DNA of 64,000 nucleotides, from contig NC_087252.1 in the NCBI RefSeq assembly GCF_037042905.1, forward strand, positions 20,896,001-20,960,000, given 5' to 3'. Within the stretch, counting starts at the first letter, position 1; each line of letters begins with the position of its first letter. The translations under genes and the position numbers were made by a program. Below are positions 13,909-25,224 of this stretch, one piece after another. The stretch comes from Lytechinus pictus (lineage: Eukaryota). The notes under the pieces are model-generated. The model ran no database searches and was not told where the DNA came from. It saw nothing but the letters and a program-made list of their open reading frames with translations.

Positions 13909-14544
13909 TTAATCTCGCGCTCACTCGGGTCTTGCCAACTCTCTTCGTCGGCTGCTAGTCTCTTCTCAGTCACTACTTGACAAGGAATATGTAGCCAAGT
14001 CTCGAGGCCTTGTCAAACGACTGGGTGGAGACAAGACTCTAAAGCCCTGTAACTGCGGCCACAGTACATTCTGAGTGAATCTACATGAATCATGTACATG
14101 TGTATGGTAGTCTCACTATCAGACTGCAAATGATGTGCACTATGCAACAACCAAAGGTCTGCGCCTCAAGAGTATCCAGGTGCAGCACCAGGGTATTTTA
14201 TTATATTGGCAAGACGACCTACATGTATTATTCGGCGTGGAATACAGAAATAATTTTCTTTCCCACTTGGCATGAGATGTCACAATGGAAATCCATATTA
14301 GAGACTATGCCTACATGTATGACCTACATGTAAGTACATGTAGGACGACCTAAAGGCCAAAGGTGGCATTTTTTCTGAATTGTTTTTAAAGTATCTTCAA
14401 CAATGCAAGAATACTGTACATAATGTACATGAAGAGAATGATATTTAGGATGTGTCCAGCAAATCAGGAGTTATCTTTTTTTTTTTCTTGCCAAGGTCAA
14501 AAAGTCCCACTACATGTACATGTATACAAACTGCTAAAAAAAGG

Positions 14545-14808
14545 GTACAATACATAGGGGAAACCAAGACCACACTCAAGAAACGATTCTACGGGCACAG
14601 ATCCACCGTCAACACAGCAAAGCTGGACACTCCAGTTGGCCGCCATTTTAACCTCCCCAACCACTCCATCACTGACATGATGCTACAGGGCATCGAATCT
14701 TTAGGTACCCGTCCTGACTCAGTCCGTACTAGCAGGGAGAAGCTCTGGATGAGACGACTTCGCACCACCCAACCTCATGGCCTGAACATCCAAGAGGGGA
14801 ACGACTGA
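14545..14808 (+). pseudogene. Fragment of Penelope GIY-YIG endonuclease
   Basis: VQYIGETKTTLKKRFYGHRSTVNTAKLDTPVGRHFNLPNHSITDMMLQGIESLG...REKLWMRRLRTTQPHGLNIQEGND* matches the YIG...R..H...HF...H...E..W...GLN pattern of Penelope endonucleases. The GIY half and the RT are missing. Confidence 0.88.
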
Positions 14809-15742
14809 TTTTTCTTTCCTATCCACTTTCAATTTATATATACATATAATTTTTCCCCTCAGCTCTTTTGAATAGTTACATTATAGTTTCTTACTCTACT
14901 TTCCTCCCATATCTCATACAAGCTCAGCTCCAATTTTTCCTTCCTTATTCAGGCGATATAATAATTATTTTATATATATATATATATTTGTCTTTTCTCC
15001 ACTCACCTCTTTTAGATTTACCACATTTGCTTATTTACATGTATACTATGGTTTCTTCATAATACACCCCCTCTCTTTTATATTTGCTTTTACCTTTTTA
15101 GGCAATTTGCTTCCTCTTTTTCACATATACAGGTTTTTTGGGGTTTTTTTCCTACTATATAGTCTTATGTTTTTTTCCCGTCACACCTAGCGGATTACAA
15201 TATCAGTTACACCATATGTGTATTTATATATTTTTTCATATACATTTCTTTTTTTGGATATATTTATATACATATCACTTATAGATACATATTTACACTT
15301 ACCTTCTTCTCTTAGTTTGTTTAATGCTTTATCATATATACTTATATGTCTTTTGCACATTATCAGTTGTTCCCCATTCTTTTTCTTTTTTCCCCCCACT
15401 CTTATGCACCAGTTTATTAAGCCTTTCTTTGTAACCTGTTTGACCCACCTCTCACTAATTCTCTTGTTTTTCATCCCATTATCACTGTTTTGTTCCAGAT
15501 CCTGTTTGATGTTGGCTGCCTCATTATTTTAATCCCTCTTGGCTTGAGGTCTTTTACTGGCCTTACTTACACTAACTTCCCTTTGTGTCTGCCTACATGT
15601 ACTCCTTTTCTTTCATCCCCTTCACTAACCTGATTGGTCTTCTCTACTCACTAATGCCCCTTTTGTCTCCTTGTTTCTAGTGTTGCTGTAGCTTGTTTGT
15701 GGTCTATATTATGGTTGTTCCACTTTAAATGTTTGTCATTTT

Positions 15743-15781
15743 GCCTCCGACGAAGATTCTGCTAGGATCGAAAGCTTAGGC
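15743..15781 (+). ncRNA. Minimal type-I hammerhead ribozyme motif (variant core)
   Basis: GCCT-CCGACGA-A-GATTCT(gct)AGGATC-GAAAGCTT-AGGC: stem I GCCT/AGGC, CUGANGA box with U>C, stem II, GAAA, palindromic AAGCTT mini stem III; located at a Penelope 3' end. Confidence 0.7.
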
Positions 15782-15950
15782 CCCTTTTTGACTTACTAAA
15801 CTGCTAAAAATTCAGAAATAGGTTGAAATTCACCATTAATCATATGTTCAATATAAATTATCAACATTTCTTGCAAATTTTTACAATTTTTCCCAGCCAG
15901 GGAAAAAAAATACACGGGGGCTGGGAGTGATCAAGCCCCCACTTAAAAGG

Positions 15951-17180
15951 GCACTGGAAACTATGAAACGAAGGGAGCCCTGCCTGGAATCCCCATTCAT
16001 TGCAATGTTCCAATGATGCAGAATTAGGCATTAAAGCAGATACGAACCAATAGCGCCATCTCGAGTCCTCAACTACTCATACACGTGTACCTGGCAAGTT
16101 TCCTGACCCATAATGCTAGTATAGATATATGGACTGCTTTGAGAGGCATGGTTGTTTCTAGAGGTTCAAGGGGACCGCAACGCGACTATGCACGAGGGCT
16201 TTGCCCGAGGGCATGGTCTGGCCGATGCGGTACCCGCGAGCCGAATTGAAACAACCATGTCTCGAATATAAAAGCAGTCCATATATATTTTATGAACCGA
16301 ATTATTAAACATTAGATCTAACGTTAGGGGCTGGTATCCGCAATCACCGCAGAAAGCAACATTTTGCATGCAATCAAATGGGGATCTCAGCCAAATTTTG
16401 CTATGCCCGTCGTTAAGGGGCGGGTCAGGGGGCAACGGGCAGAAATCTTGTTAACTATGCCCGTTGCCCTTGGTTACCACCTTAGTTTGTTGTTTTGAAG
16501 GCATGGTCGTTTACATGACCTCAGTTTTGACCAATCAGAGGAACGGATTATTCGACATTCTTAAAGAGAGGTTTATAATGTAGTCTATAGACCCACTTGA
16601 ACTATTCAATACATTTATACTGCAATAATTATGTTACCAAGTAGCAAAACAATTACTTTTCCTTTCAAAACATTTTAGTTTCTCTATACAAATATAATTA
16701 TAGGTCAATTAATTCTCTGTAAGTAGAGCACTGGAAACTATGAAACGAAGGGAGCCCTGGAATCCCCATTCATTGCAATGTTAAAGCTTATCCAATGTTG
16801 CATAATTAGGCATTGAAGCAGATACGAACCAATAGCGCCATCTCGAGTCCTCAACTACATGTACTCGTACATGTACCTGGCAAGTTTCCTGACCCATAAT
16901 GCTAGTGTAGTCTAGTAATATACATGTAGACCCACTTGAATGATAACATGCTAAATAACTACTCAATACATTTATACCGCAATAATTATGTTACCAAGTA
17001 GCAAGCCAATTACTTTTCCTTTCAAAACATTTTAGTTTCTCTATACAAATACAATTATCCGGAGGTCAATTTATTCTCTGTAGTATTACAGTAGTAGATA
17101 CATGTATATCTGAAAATGTATATTTTAAGACTATGTATTATAACACACAGTCAATGAGAGACCACACACAGTTCACTCTC
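15951..17180 (+). repeat. Tandem duplication (copies B and C of the 6721 sequence); copy B carries a ~450-bp insertion (~16125-16585)
   Basis: gcactggaaactatgaaacgaagggagccctg starts both units (15951, 16728). Confidence 0.88.
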
Positions 17181-18101
17181 CCTAAGTTGTGAAAAGTAGC
17201 CCCTGAAAAAAAAAATTTGCATGTTCCCGGTGCTCAGACAATCATCATTCTAGTACTTTAATACGTCAAATATTCTTTGAGCTGCCAACTTCACAGCCAG
17301 ACTGGATCAATCCCAGTTAGAAACATCCTTATTTTCTTCTGGCAATAATCCGACAGGAAGAAGTTATCTAAATTTAACAGCAAACATCTCTGTCCATAGA
17401 TCGTCACTGGACACATCAAATGGGATTTGGGGGGGAGGAGGAGGACACAATGACAGATTCGGCCTGGAATTCGTGCTTGGCATGAGATGTCACAATGGAA
17501 ATCCATATTCTGGAACAGATTCGGATCAGCAATTAACGAGGCATGTCACTGTAGTCAGCAATGAAGACCCCAACGTTTTCATTATTAATAGGATATGCTC
17601 AATGTATTATCAACAATACCCTGTACAGGTGTAAGTAACTCTGGGTGTACACAGTACATGGACATTGAATGAATACAAGTGTATACTTTCCCCATTCTTG
17701 TAATTAGAGAACTGTAAATAGAAATCAGGCCTTTTTCTTTTTAATGATTTAAGATTTTAAGAACATCATCATTTCCATCATCATCATCATTGATCACCAA
17801 CAAAATCAACATCATCACCATCATCCCCATCATCATCATCAGCAGCAGCATCATTAGGCCTAAAAAAATGTTGCCCTCATCTGACCCACCATATACCAGG
17901 GTAGCTACAGTTCTTTATCAGACCAAAAACATTTTACAATGTTTTTGTGAGAAAATTTCATATTTTAATAGACAGAGAATTTGCCAAAATTTGTATTAAA
18001 TTGCATGCATTTTATATTAAATATGCATTTTGATTTTTATCGTTTGTAGTGCAGCAGTGAAGGTAGAGTGTATGTTTGTTTTGTTTTTTCTTTCTTTTAA
18101 A

Positions 18102-18506
18102 CAGGGTGCTACATGTACATAAATTTTTAGAAGCGCTTGCCCGGTCGGGCAAGTTAATTTTTTTATAGTTTGAATATACTTGCCCAAAAATCTATTTTAC
18201 CTCTTCAAAAGAAAGTTTTGCGGTTTTATAAACCTTTGACCTTTTTCTCTCTTTTGACATGAACTGATCTACCTTGTTATTGCATTTCTTTTTCCAAAGT
18301 GATTTTATCTTGCCTGCCATGACCAAAATATCATATCATATCAACCCTAATTCGGTCATTCTACTGTAATAATTTTGCTTTCTACAGTGTGAATTTTGCT
18401 TGCCCGATTCGGGCAAGTAGTTTTGGTCTTTACTTCAAAACACTTTCCCAACTCTAACTTTTACTTGCCCCGGGCAATCAGGCAAGTGCTTAAATGTAGC
18501 ACCCTG
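18102..18506. mobile_element. hAT-type MITE
   Basis: Perfect 8-bp TSD CTTTTAAA (18094-18101, 18507-18514); TIR CAGGGTGCTACAT / ATGTAGCACCCTG; internal cttgccc/gggcaag repeats. Confidence 0.9.
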
Positions 18507-18845
18507 CTTTTAAATCAACTAGGCGATAGGCGTGATCAAACTTTCTGATTTTGGGTTAGGGACATGTAGGGCAAAATTTTTTTTTTAATGCCTTGCAGTA
18601 TTATTAATCATGCTTTGTCATTATTTCATATTCGTAATTAATTTTCATCATATTGTCATCAGCAGCAGCATCACCATTATCAAACATATCACCACTCAAG
18701 CCTAGGTGAAGGATAATCCCATTATAAATATCTTCATTTGAATAAAAATTTGTGGGAAAAGGTAAGACTCAAATCTGGGCATAAATACAATCATATCTGG
18801 TGATACCTACATGTAGAATGCTGAACACACTACAGTCAGTACATG

Positions 18846-19052
18846 CAGGGGCGGATCCAGGATTTTTCGAAAGGGGTGCACATTTTCCCCGGAAAAAAAT
18901 TTGACAAACAAAAAAAAAAAACTTCACTTTCAAAAGGGGGGCACACTTCTGTTTTAAAGGCATTTTTACATTACACATTTTAATTGTGCCTCTCAAAAGG
19001 GGGGGGGCATGGGCCGACTGTGCAACCACCCCCCCCCCCTGGATCTGCCATT
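18846..19052. mobile_element. CAGGGGCGGATCC-family MITE
   Basis: Ends caggggcggatccag / ctggatctgcc; similar to 22491-22768 and 28362-28564. Confidence 0.75.
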
Positions 19053-20034
19053 ATAGCAACCAATTTCCTTGGAGGAAACCAAATGTTGCCAAAGTGCTAA
19101 ACTAAGGAAGTCCAGAAACATGTCGGCCTACATGTACATGTACACTGTAGGTCTCCTTCCTATTAAGTTTGTTCCTACTTTAGCCTCCTCCTCAACATAA
19201 AATGATCATATCCATGTACAATGTATGAAGGGGAGATTCTAGAGTGGGGTACTTGAGGCCCTGGGGTAAATAAGGCCCCCATATAATAGGTTTTTAGCTC
19301 ACTACTTGAGTTTACCAGTCAATGGGATTGCTGTTTGTGTGGTATTTGAGACAATTCTTTAGCACAGATCTTGACTGAGCATAAACAATGTTTCATACTA
19401 TCCTTTCCTAATGCACATTGCCAGGAGCAAAAACCTAGCAGCACCTCAAAATCAAAATTTTGGAAGTAGCATCACCATTTTAGAGAGGCGAGTCCTGTAC
19501 CCACCCAGTAATGTGTATCAACTTTAATCTCTTTATAATTTACTTTTTGTCAGGCATTGTACATTGTACATGCCAGTACCGTACTGCATTCATGCTTCAA
19601 TAAGATTGAGGCACTAGGGGCAAGTAACCAAGTAGGGGATAAAAAATTTGAGTTCTTACATGTATACATGTAAGGACTGGGGATCATAATGCCTGTCATT
19701 CCATTGTCAGTCGATCCTGATTATGAAGGTGACTTATATACATGTAACTACAATGTACATTGTTGAAAGACTTCCCCCCCCCCCCCCCTCACCCCTTTTC
19801 ATTTTCTGGATCTGAGATCAGGGACCCATTTTCATAAACAGACCGCAGGAATCCCAACGCTAATGACACATGAACAGGTCAGATTCATCCAAATCCTTAT
19901 GTAGCTGAATGTACTACCTACATGTATTTGTGATTCACAACATTTATAATATAGGTACATGTAGGAGGATTTTCTATAAGAATTCAACAATGTTGATGTA
20001 TCTTCAAGTCAAATTAAATATTATTGCACCATAC

Positions 20035-20273
20035 CAAGGCTCCACACTAACTTTTTTTCTTGGTGGCCCAATTACAATTGGCATGATTGGTCCACCAAAA
20101 TCATCATTTTCATATAATTGGTGGCCCTAAAACAAAAAAATATTACAATTTATTAAAACTTTGGTAGCCCAACCGGGCCACCAAGTGTGGGCTTTTACAG
20201 AATTTTGATGGCCCGGGCCGAGGCTCATTTTCGTTGCACCGGGCCACCGAGCCACTGCTAATGTCGAGCCCTG
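20035..20273. mobile_element. Probable hAT-type MITE
   Basis: Termini CAAGGCTCCACACTA / TAATGTCGAGCCCTG; internal ggtggccc/gggccacc repeats. Confidence 0.6.
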
Positions 20274-21080
20274 AGTCCATACACTGTCATTAAATTTCAT
20301 TGTGTATACTACCATCCTTGCTTGCCATCTGAAGTTCACAATAGCTTACTCCTACTATCCCTCTTTTTTCTCCACAAAATCCATACCTCCTGCTCTACGT
20401 CTCTTGAAATAACCTAAAACGGATCTGTGATTACATACATTTACATTCTATCTGGACTCCAGCCCAGGAATCTCCAAAGAAGTGGAGGGATCAGTTAAGA
20501 GAGAGAGGTAAAGGTAATTTCAGTTCTGAAACGATCCCTCAAATCTGAATTTTCTTATGATTTTTCTACCCTAATTCATGTAATTGATTGCCCCGAGCTG
20601 CGACCTGCACATTTACCCATACATGCACATGCAAGCAATATCCCGCAAGCAATAGTTGACATGTTTTAATCCTCGGGTAAAGGTAAATTTAAGATAAACA
20701 ATCATCATCAAGAATTTCTTGCAATCAACCTCAAGTCAATCAGTCAATCATGTCATTGACATTGTCAATTGATTGAGTGTGATTAAAATTTACATTTTTA
20801 TTTTACTAATGTTAGAAAACAACACATATAATACGTATATGAAATCTTCTAAAAGTTCTAGGCTCAGGCCTCAGCTCAGCCTGCCTGTTTATTGTACAAT
20901 GACATACCAATTTCACTCAGCATTCAGATTCCAAACTAGATATAGTTAAAACTGAAACCAGCACTGCACTGTTTAAAGCTAGCTGAGCTGAGCAGCAGTG
21001 CAGAGCACAACATGTTTTCCCCATCCCTTGCCCCCGCTACTGACGGGCGCAAGACTGCGCAGCATGCGGTGAACTCTTAC

Positions 21081-21216
21081 CAGCTAAATCTCGGTGTTGC
21101 TGATGTTGATTTTGGTGGTCCGAACTCAGAAGAGATCTCGCTAAAGAACCCGTCGCAGAAGCGATCACGGTCACCAAAACTGCTACGCAGTTCATTTCCT
21201 TCAAAATCACAGTCAT
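21081..21216 (-). CDS. Probable first coding exon (signal peptide) of the minus-strand membrane protein gene: MTVILKEMNCVAVLVTVIASATGSLARSLLSSDHQNQHQQHRDLA
   Basis: ATG at 21216; hydrophobic stretch ending in SLA; CTG|GTAAGA donor at 21080 in phase 1, matching the acceptor at 3538; lies in CpG-richer, non-repeat sequence. Confidence 0.7.
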
Positions 21217-21219
21217 GAC

Positions 21220-21520
21220 TTCGATACCATTGAAAATAAATGATCCATTTAGAAAAATTCCAATCAAATTCACTGCATTTCCAACCCGGAAATATCCGTA
21301 ATTTATCTCTCTCGCTCCATGTTGTTTACCCAACGAGACAGACTTGACTGGAAGACGTCCGTGCGATTTCCAGTTACAACCTAATTCCAAGAGTTTATCT
21401 GTGCGTACGCACGGAAATGCCTATTTTGATAACATGACTCATCGGTCTTGCAACCAACACGAGTGCAGCTTTGCGGAACGTAGGTTGTAGATGAAAAGGT
21501 AAAATGAGGTCACTTCATCA
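21220..21520 (-). promoter_or_regulatory. Likely 5' UTR/promoter of the minus-strand gene
   Basis: Unique, CpG-enriched sequence upstream of the ATG, with ETS-like CCGGAAAT (~21286) and CGGAAATG (~21412). Confidence 0.45.
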
Positions 21521-22090
21521 CATCCCACCCTTCCCCCCCCCCTCCCCTTCCCCCCCCCCCTCGTTATGCTGAGCATGTTTGGGTGTTTTTTTTTTTCCAT
21601 ACAAATCGGAAGATGACAATATATTGCCTTTTTAAAACAATCCCAAAGAGTAAACCAAAATTCCAATAAATAAACAAAATCGAAAGATGGCCAAAAGCAA
21701 CAAAAAAGAGTATGCCTATACAAGGGGCTCGTTCCATAAATACTTGCTAGAATAACAAATGTACAGTTTCTGTCGCAAGTTAACTGTCAGCCAATCAAAT
21801 TTCAGCTTTAAACTGTTATTGTAAATTTGTTATTATTTATGAAACGCCAGCAATTAATCAGCCTAATTTCATAAATTAAGAGGGGCTTCATAACAGGGGC
21901 CGCGGAAACAGGGGGGGGGGCTTGGTGGGCTTCAGTCCCCCCCCCCCCCCCCAACTTTCAAAACCGTTCCGCGTACGGCCCTTGCATATATTACTAGTCA
22001 TGCTATATAGTAGTACAAAATTGATCAAATAAAATCGGTACCAGCTTTGCGCCCTGTGATAATTAAACAGTTCAAATGATAAAAAGAACA

Positions 22091-22323
<233 letters not shown>

Positions 22324-22490
22324 GAGTTTATTTGGCAAGTCGTCAAAGTATATTTACATCCAGTAAAAACAGTTGGTTATTATTCATAAAACAAAAACCT
22401 ATAATGGCGGTTGACTTGTGCTGGAACATTGATTCCTCTGGCCATGACTGTACACATGCAGCAGGGCCAGAGAGACAGTTGCCCCAGGAA

Positions 22491-22768
22491 CAGGGGCGGA
22501 TCCGGGTTTTTCAAAATCGGGGAGGGCACATTTTTCCGAGGAAAATTTGACAAGCAAAAGAGTTAATTAAAAAAGGGTTTTAACCAAAAATTTAGGATAT
22601 TTCATCCCCGAAAAAAATTAACAACCCCAAAAAAGGGTCTTCACTTTAAAAAAGGGGGGGCACACTTCTGTTTTAACTGTATTTTTAAATTAAAAATTTT
22701 AATTCTGCTTCTCAAAAGGGGATGAGGACGTGCCCCCCCCCCCCCCCCTCCCCCTGGATCCGCCAGTG
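22491..22768. mobile_element. hAT-like MITE (CAGGGGCGGATCC family)
   Basis: 8-bp TSD CCCAGGAA (22483-22490, 22769-22776); termini CAGGGGCGGATCC / GGATCCGCCAGTG. Confidence 0.88.
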
Positions 22769-23407
22769 CCCAGGAAAATCAAGTTCTATAATTGGACGAC
22801 GTACCATGGATGGACCAAATCAAAATCTATAAAATAGATAATCTTAAAAAAAATGGTCGGATATAAATATATTCCCCATATTCTTAAATGTTTTGGTAAA
22901 GTCTGTAACGTACCTCTCCGTCGGGCGGGCCCAAGTTTTTTGAGACAGCAAAAACAAGTAAAATTAATAACCATCACGCCAAAATAAGGCACTTCTGCAC
23001 ACAAAAAAATTGAGTGATAAAAATGGGGTCTTCCAAACGGGCACAGCTAGCACACCACATGCAGGGTATATTAATTGCATGTGTGCAAACTTAGGTCACA
23101 GTCGGTAAAACTGTATGATTATAATGCAAGATATGAAGGAGCAATGGGAACAGGGAGGAGCACAAAGTGACCACCCCCCCCCCCGGGTCCCCGCATCCTC
23201 GTGATTAAGGTAGGAAAATTGGATCCAAGACCAGGGGAGGAAAGAGGGAAGCAAAAATGAAGAGGATAAAAAAATATTAGGCTATAATTCTAGTAGCAAA
23301 TCGTACCCCTGTAATTCAATGTCGAGAACAATATAAATAAATAATCATCACTGAACATTTCATCAAAATCCATAATTCCACAATACAGTACCGGTAATAG
23401 TCGTTAT

Positions 23408-24680
23408 GCATAGGCGGATCCAGGGGGCCCCCACCCCCCCCCCCTTATTGGTGGAGAAAAGAAAAGAAAAAAGGGGAAAGAAAGAAAGAAAGAACACGAA
23501 ATGGAAAGACAGGAGAAAATAAGAAGAGGAAAAATAAAAGGAGGAAGACGAGTAAATAAAGTGAGGCGAGGGAAAGGATTGGAAAATAAAACAAAATATT
23601 TCATGCCACTATAAAATAAAATTATAATCAATTGTTTAGTTATGTACCTATCCTGTTCATTAGTAGAAAATGTCAGAATGTCACAAAATTTCAGCTCGCG
23701 CTTCGCGCTTGCATTATTTGATTGTTGAAATATGTATCCTCTTCATGGGTAACTGCAAAGAGCCCTTACATATCCCTTTTAGATCAGGCAAGAACATAAT
23801 AAAGTTTGGTTGCAAAATAGGGGTTGGATCCACTTTATTCTCCCATGATATTGCAATATTCTTATGAGAAACTAAATTGTCATGATGGTGCATATGTACT
23901 ACCTGCCATGTGAACATAAAATTGGGTACACAAGAAATTTACCTGTCTTCTTTTCTTTCCTTAAAAAAATTACCATTGTCGATTTAACCCCTTTTGCAAG
24001 CAACTGACATGCCTGGATCCAATCCCTTCTGAATTAAAAAAAAAAAGATTTTTCTTTTTTTTAGTCACGTACGTTTTAATGGGAATTTCAAATTTTCTTT
24101 GGTATCATCAGAGCGACTAAAAATATATAGGTTTGAGAAAAAAAAACAATAAAATATTATGAAAAATGGATCTAATCCCTTTTGACAAATGCAGGCTCTT
24201 CAGGAGTTTGTTTGCAAAAGGGGTTAGATCCATTCCAATAAAATCATTTATTTTTTCATTCTCCCATATTGCAATATTCTTATGCGAAACTAAATTTTGA
24301 TGATACCCTACCACGTGAACATATAATTGGGTATATCTACCTGTCTTCGGTTTTTTTTTTGTTATATTGTTTCCCAAAAATTTCCTTCCTTTGTGGATCT
24401 AACCCCGTTTGCAAACAAACTGAAATGGATCTGACCCGCGGCCCTTTTGAAAAAAAAGTGATTTTTCTTTGTCGTTTTTGTTCACTTTTTAATGGGAAAT
24501 TCAAATTTTCTTTGGTATCATCTTATAAAGATACTAAAAGTCTATACATTTAAAAAAAAATGATGAAAAATTAATCTAATCCCTTTTGCAATTGAGCTCT
24601 TCGTATATTAACAATTCAAACAGTTGAGCTGATGATCATGCAAATCTGTATGCGAGAGAGCGAGCGCGAGCAATTTTTTT
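23408..24680. mobile_element. Composite repeat: GGCGGATCC end, purine tract, CGCGCTTCGCGC motif, then a duplicated element
   Basis: Same architecture as 33133-36646; 23840-24200 is repeated at 24258-24590. Confidence 0.55.
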
Positions 24681-25152
24681 TGATTGATTGATTGCATTTA
24701 TTCTTTTTTATTCAAAAATTCAACAAAAGTTACAATGAAAGGCAAAACACAACAATATAATATACAGAAATGAAAAAAGGGAACCCACTCACTGGAAAGC
24801 AAAGCTTGAAGTTGTTAGTATGGGTTCCCTGCAAGTTAATTAAAGTATATCTTTGATCAATGAAATTCAAATCGTAAATTACAAAGGTTTGCAGAATGAA
24901 AAAGAATACTAGTGGGGTCAAGCTTTCCAGTGGTTGGAAGACTGAATGGTGTCCCAAACCGTGTTTCTTTGAAAATAATATATATAAAACACACACAAAA
25001 ACAAAACAACAATAAAACAAACAAACAAACAAAAACTTGATTGTGTCCGAAGTGTTTACGCCCTCTACCTTTGATGATCAATATTTATTTTGGAGTATCG
25101 ACAGCTGTCTGCGATCCCGACCGAACAATTCTGCGACTTTAATTTCAACTTT

Positions 25153-25224
25153 ATGATGGATCAGCCCGCAGATGTAGCTTGTCCGGTGGAAGATGTTCAA
25201 GGAGACGGAAGATGGAAGAGTTTG
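25153..25224 (+). CDS. PAFAH1B2/PAFAH1B3-like: PAF acetylhydrolase Ib alpha subunit, coding exon 1 (MMDQPADVACPVEDVQGDGRWKSL)
   Basis: EDVQGDGRW is the conserved N-terminal motif of PAFAH1B2/3; TTG|GTAATT donor, phase 0. Confidence 0.93.

Larger units (their letters stand above)
14541..15797 (+). mobile_element. 5'-truncated Penelope-like retroelement (GIY-YIG C-terminus + 3' UTR/pseudo-LTR)
   Basis: Flanked by the 13-bp direct repeat AAACTGCTAAAAA (14528-14540, 15798-15810). Encodes YIGET...RFYGH...VGRHFN...H...REKLWM...PHGLN and ends in a hammerhead-like motif. Confidence 0.9.

Noticed and set aside
14452..14544. N-terminal part of the 118-aa ORF
   Set aside because: It lies outside the TSD and is flanking DNA read through by chance (TTCTCI comes from TACATGTA repeats).
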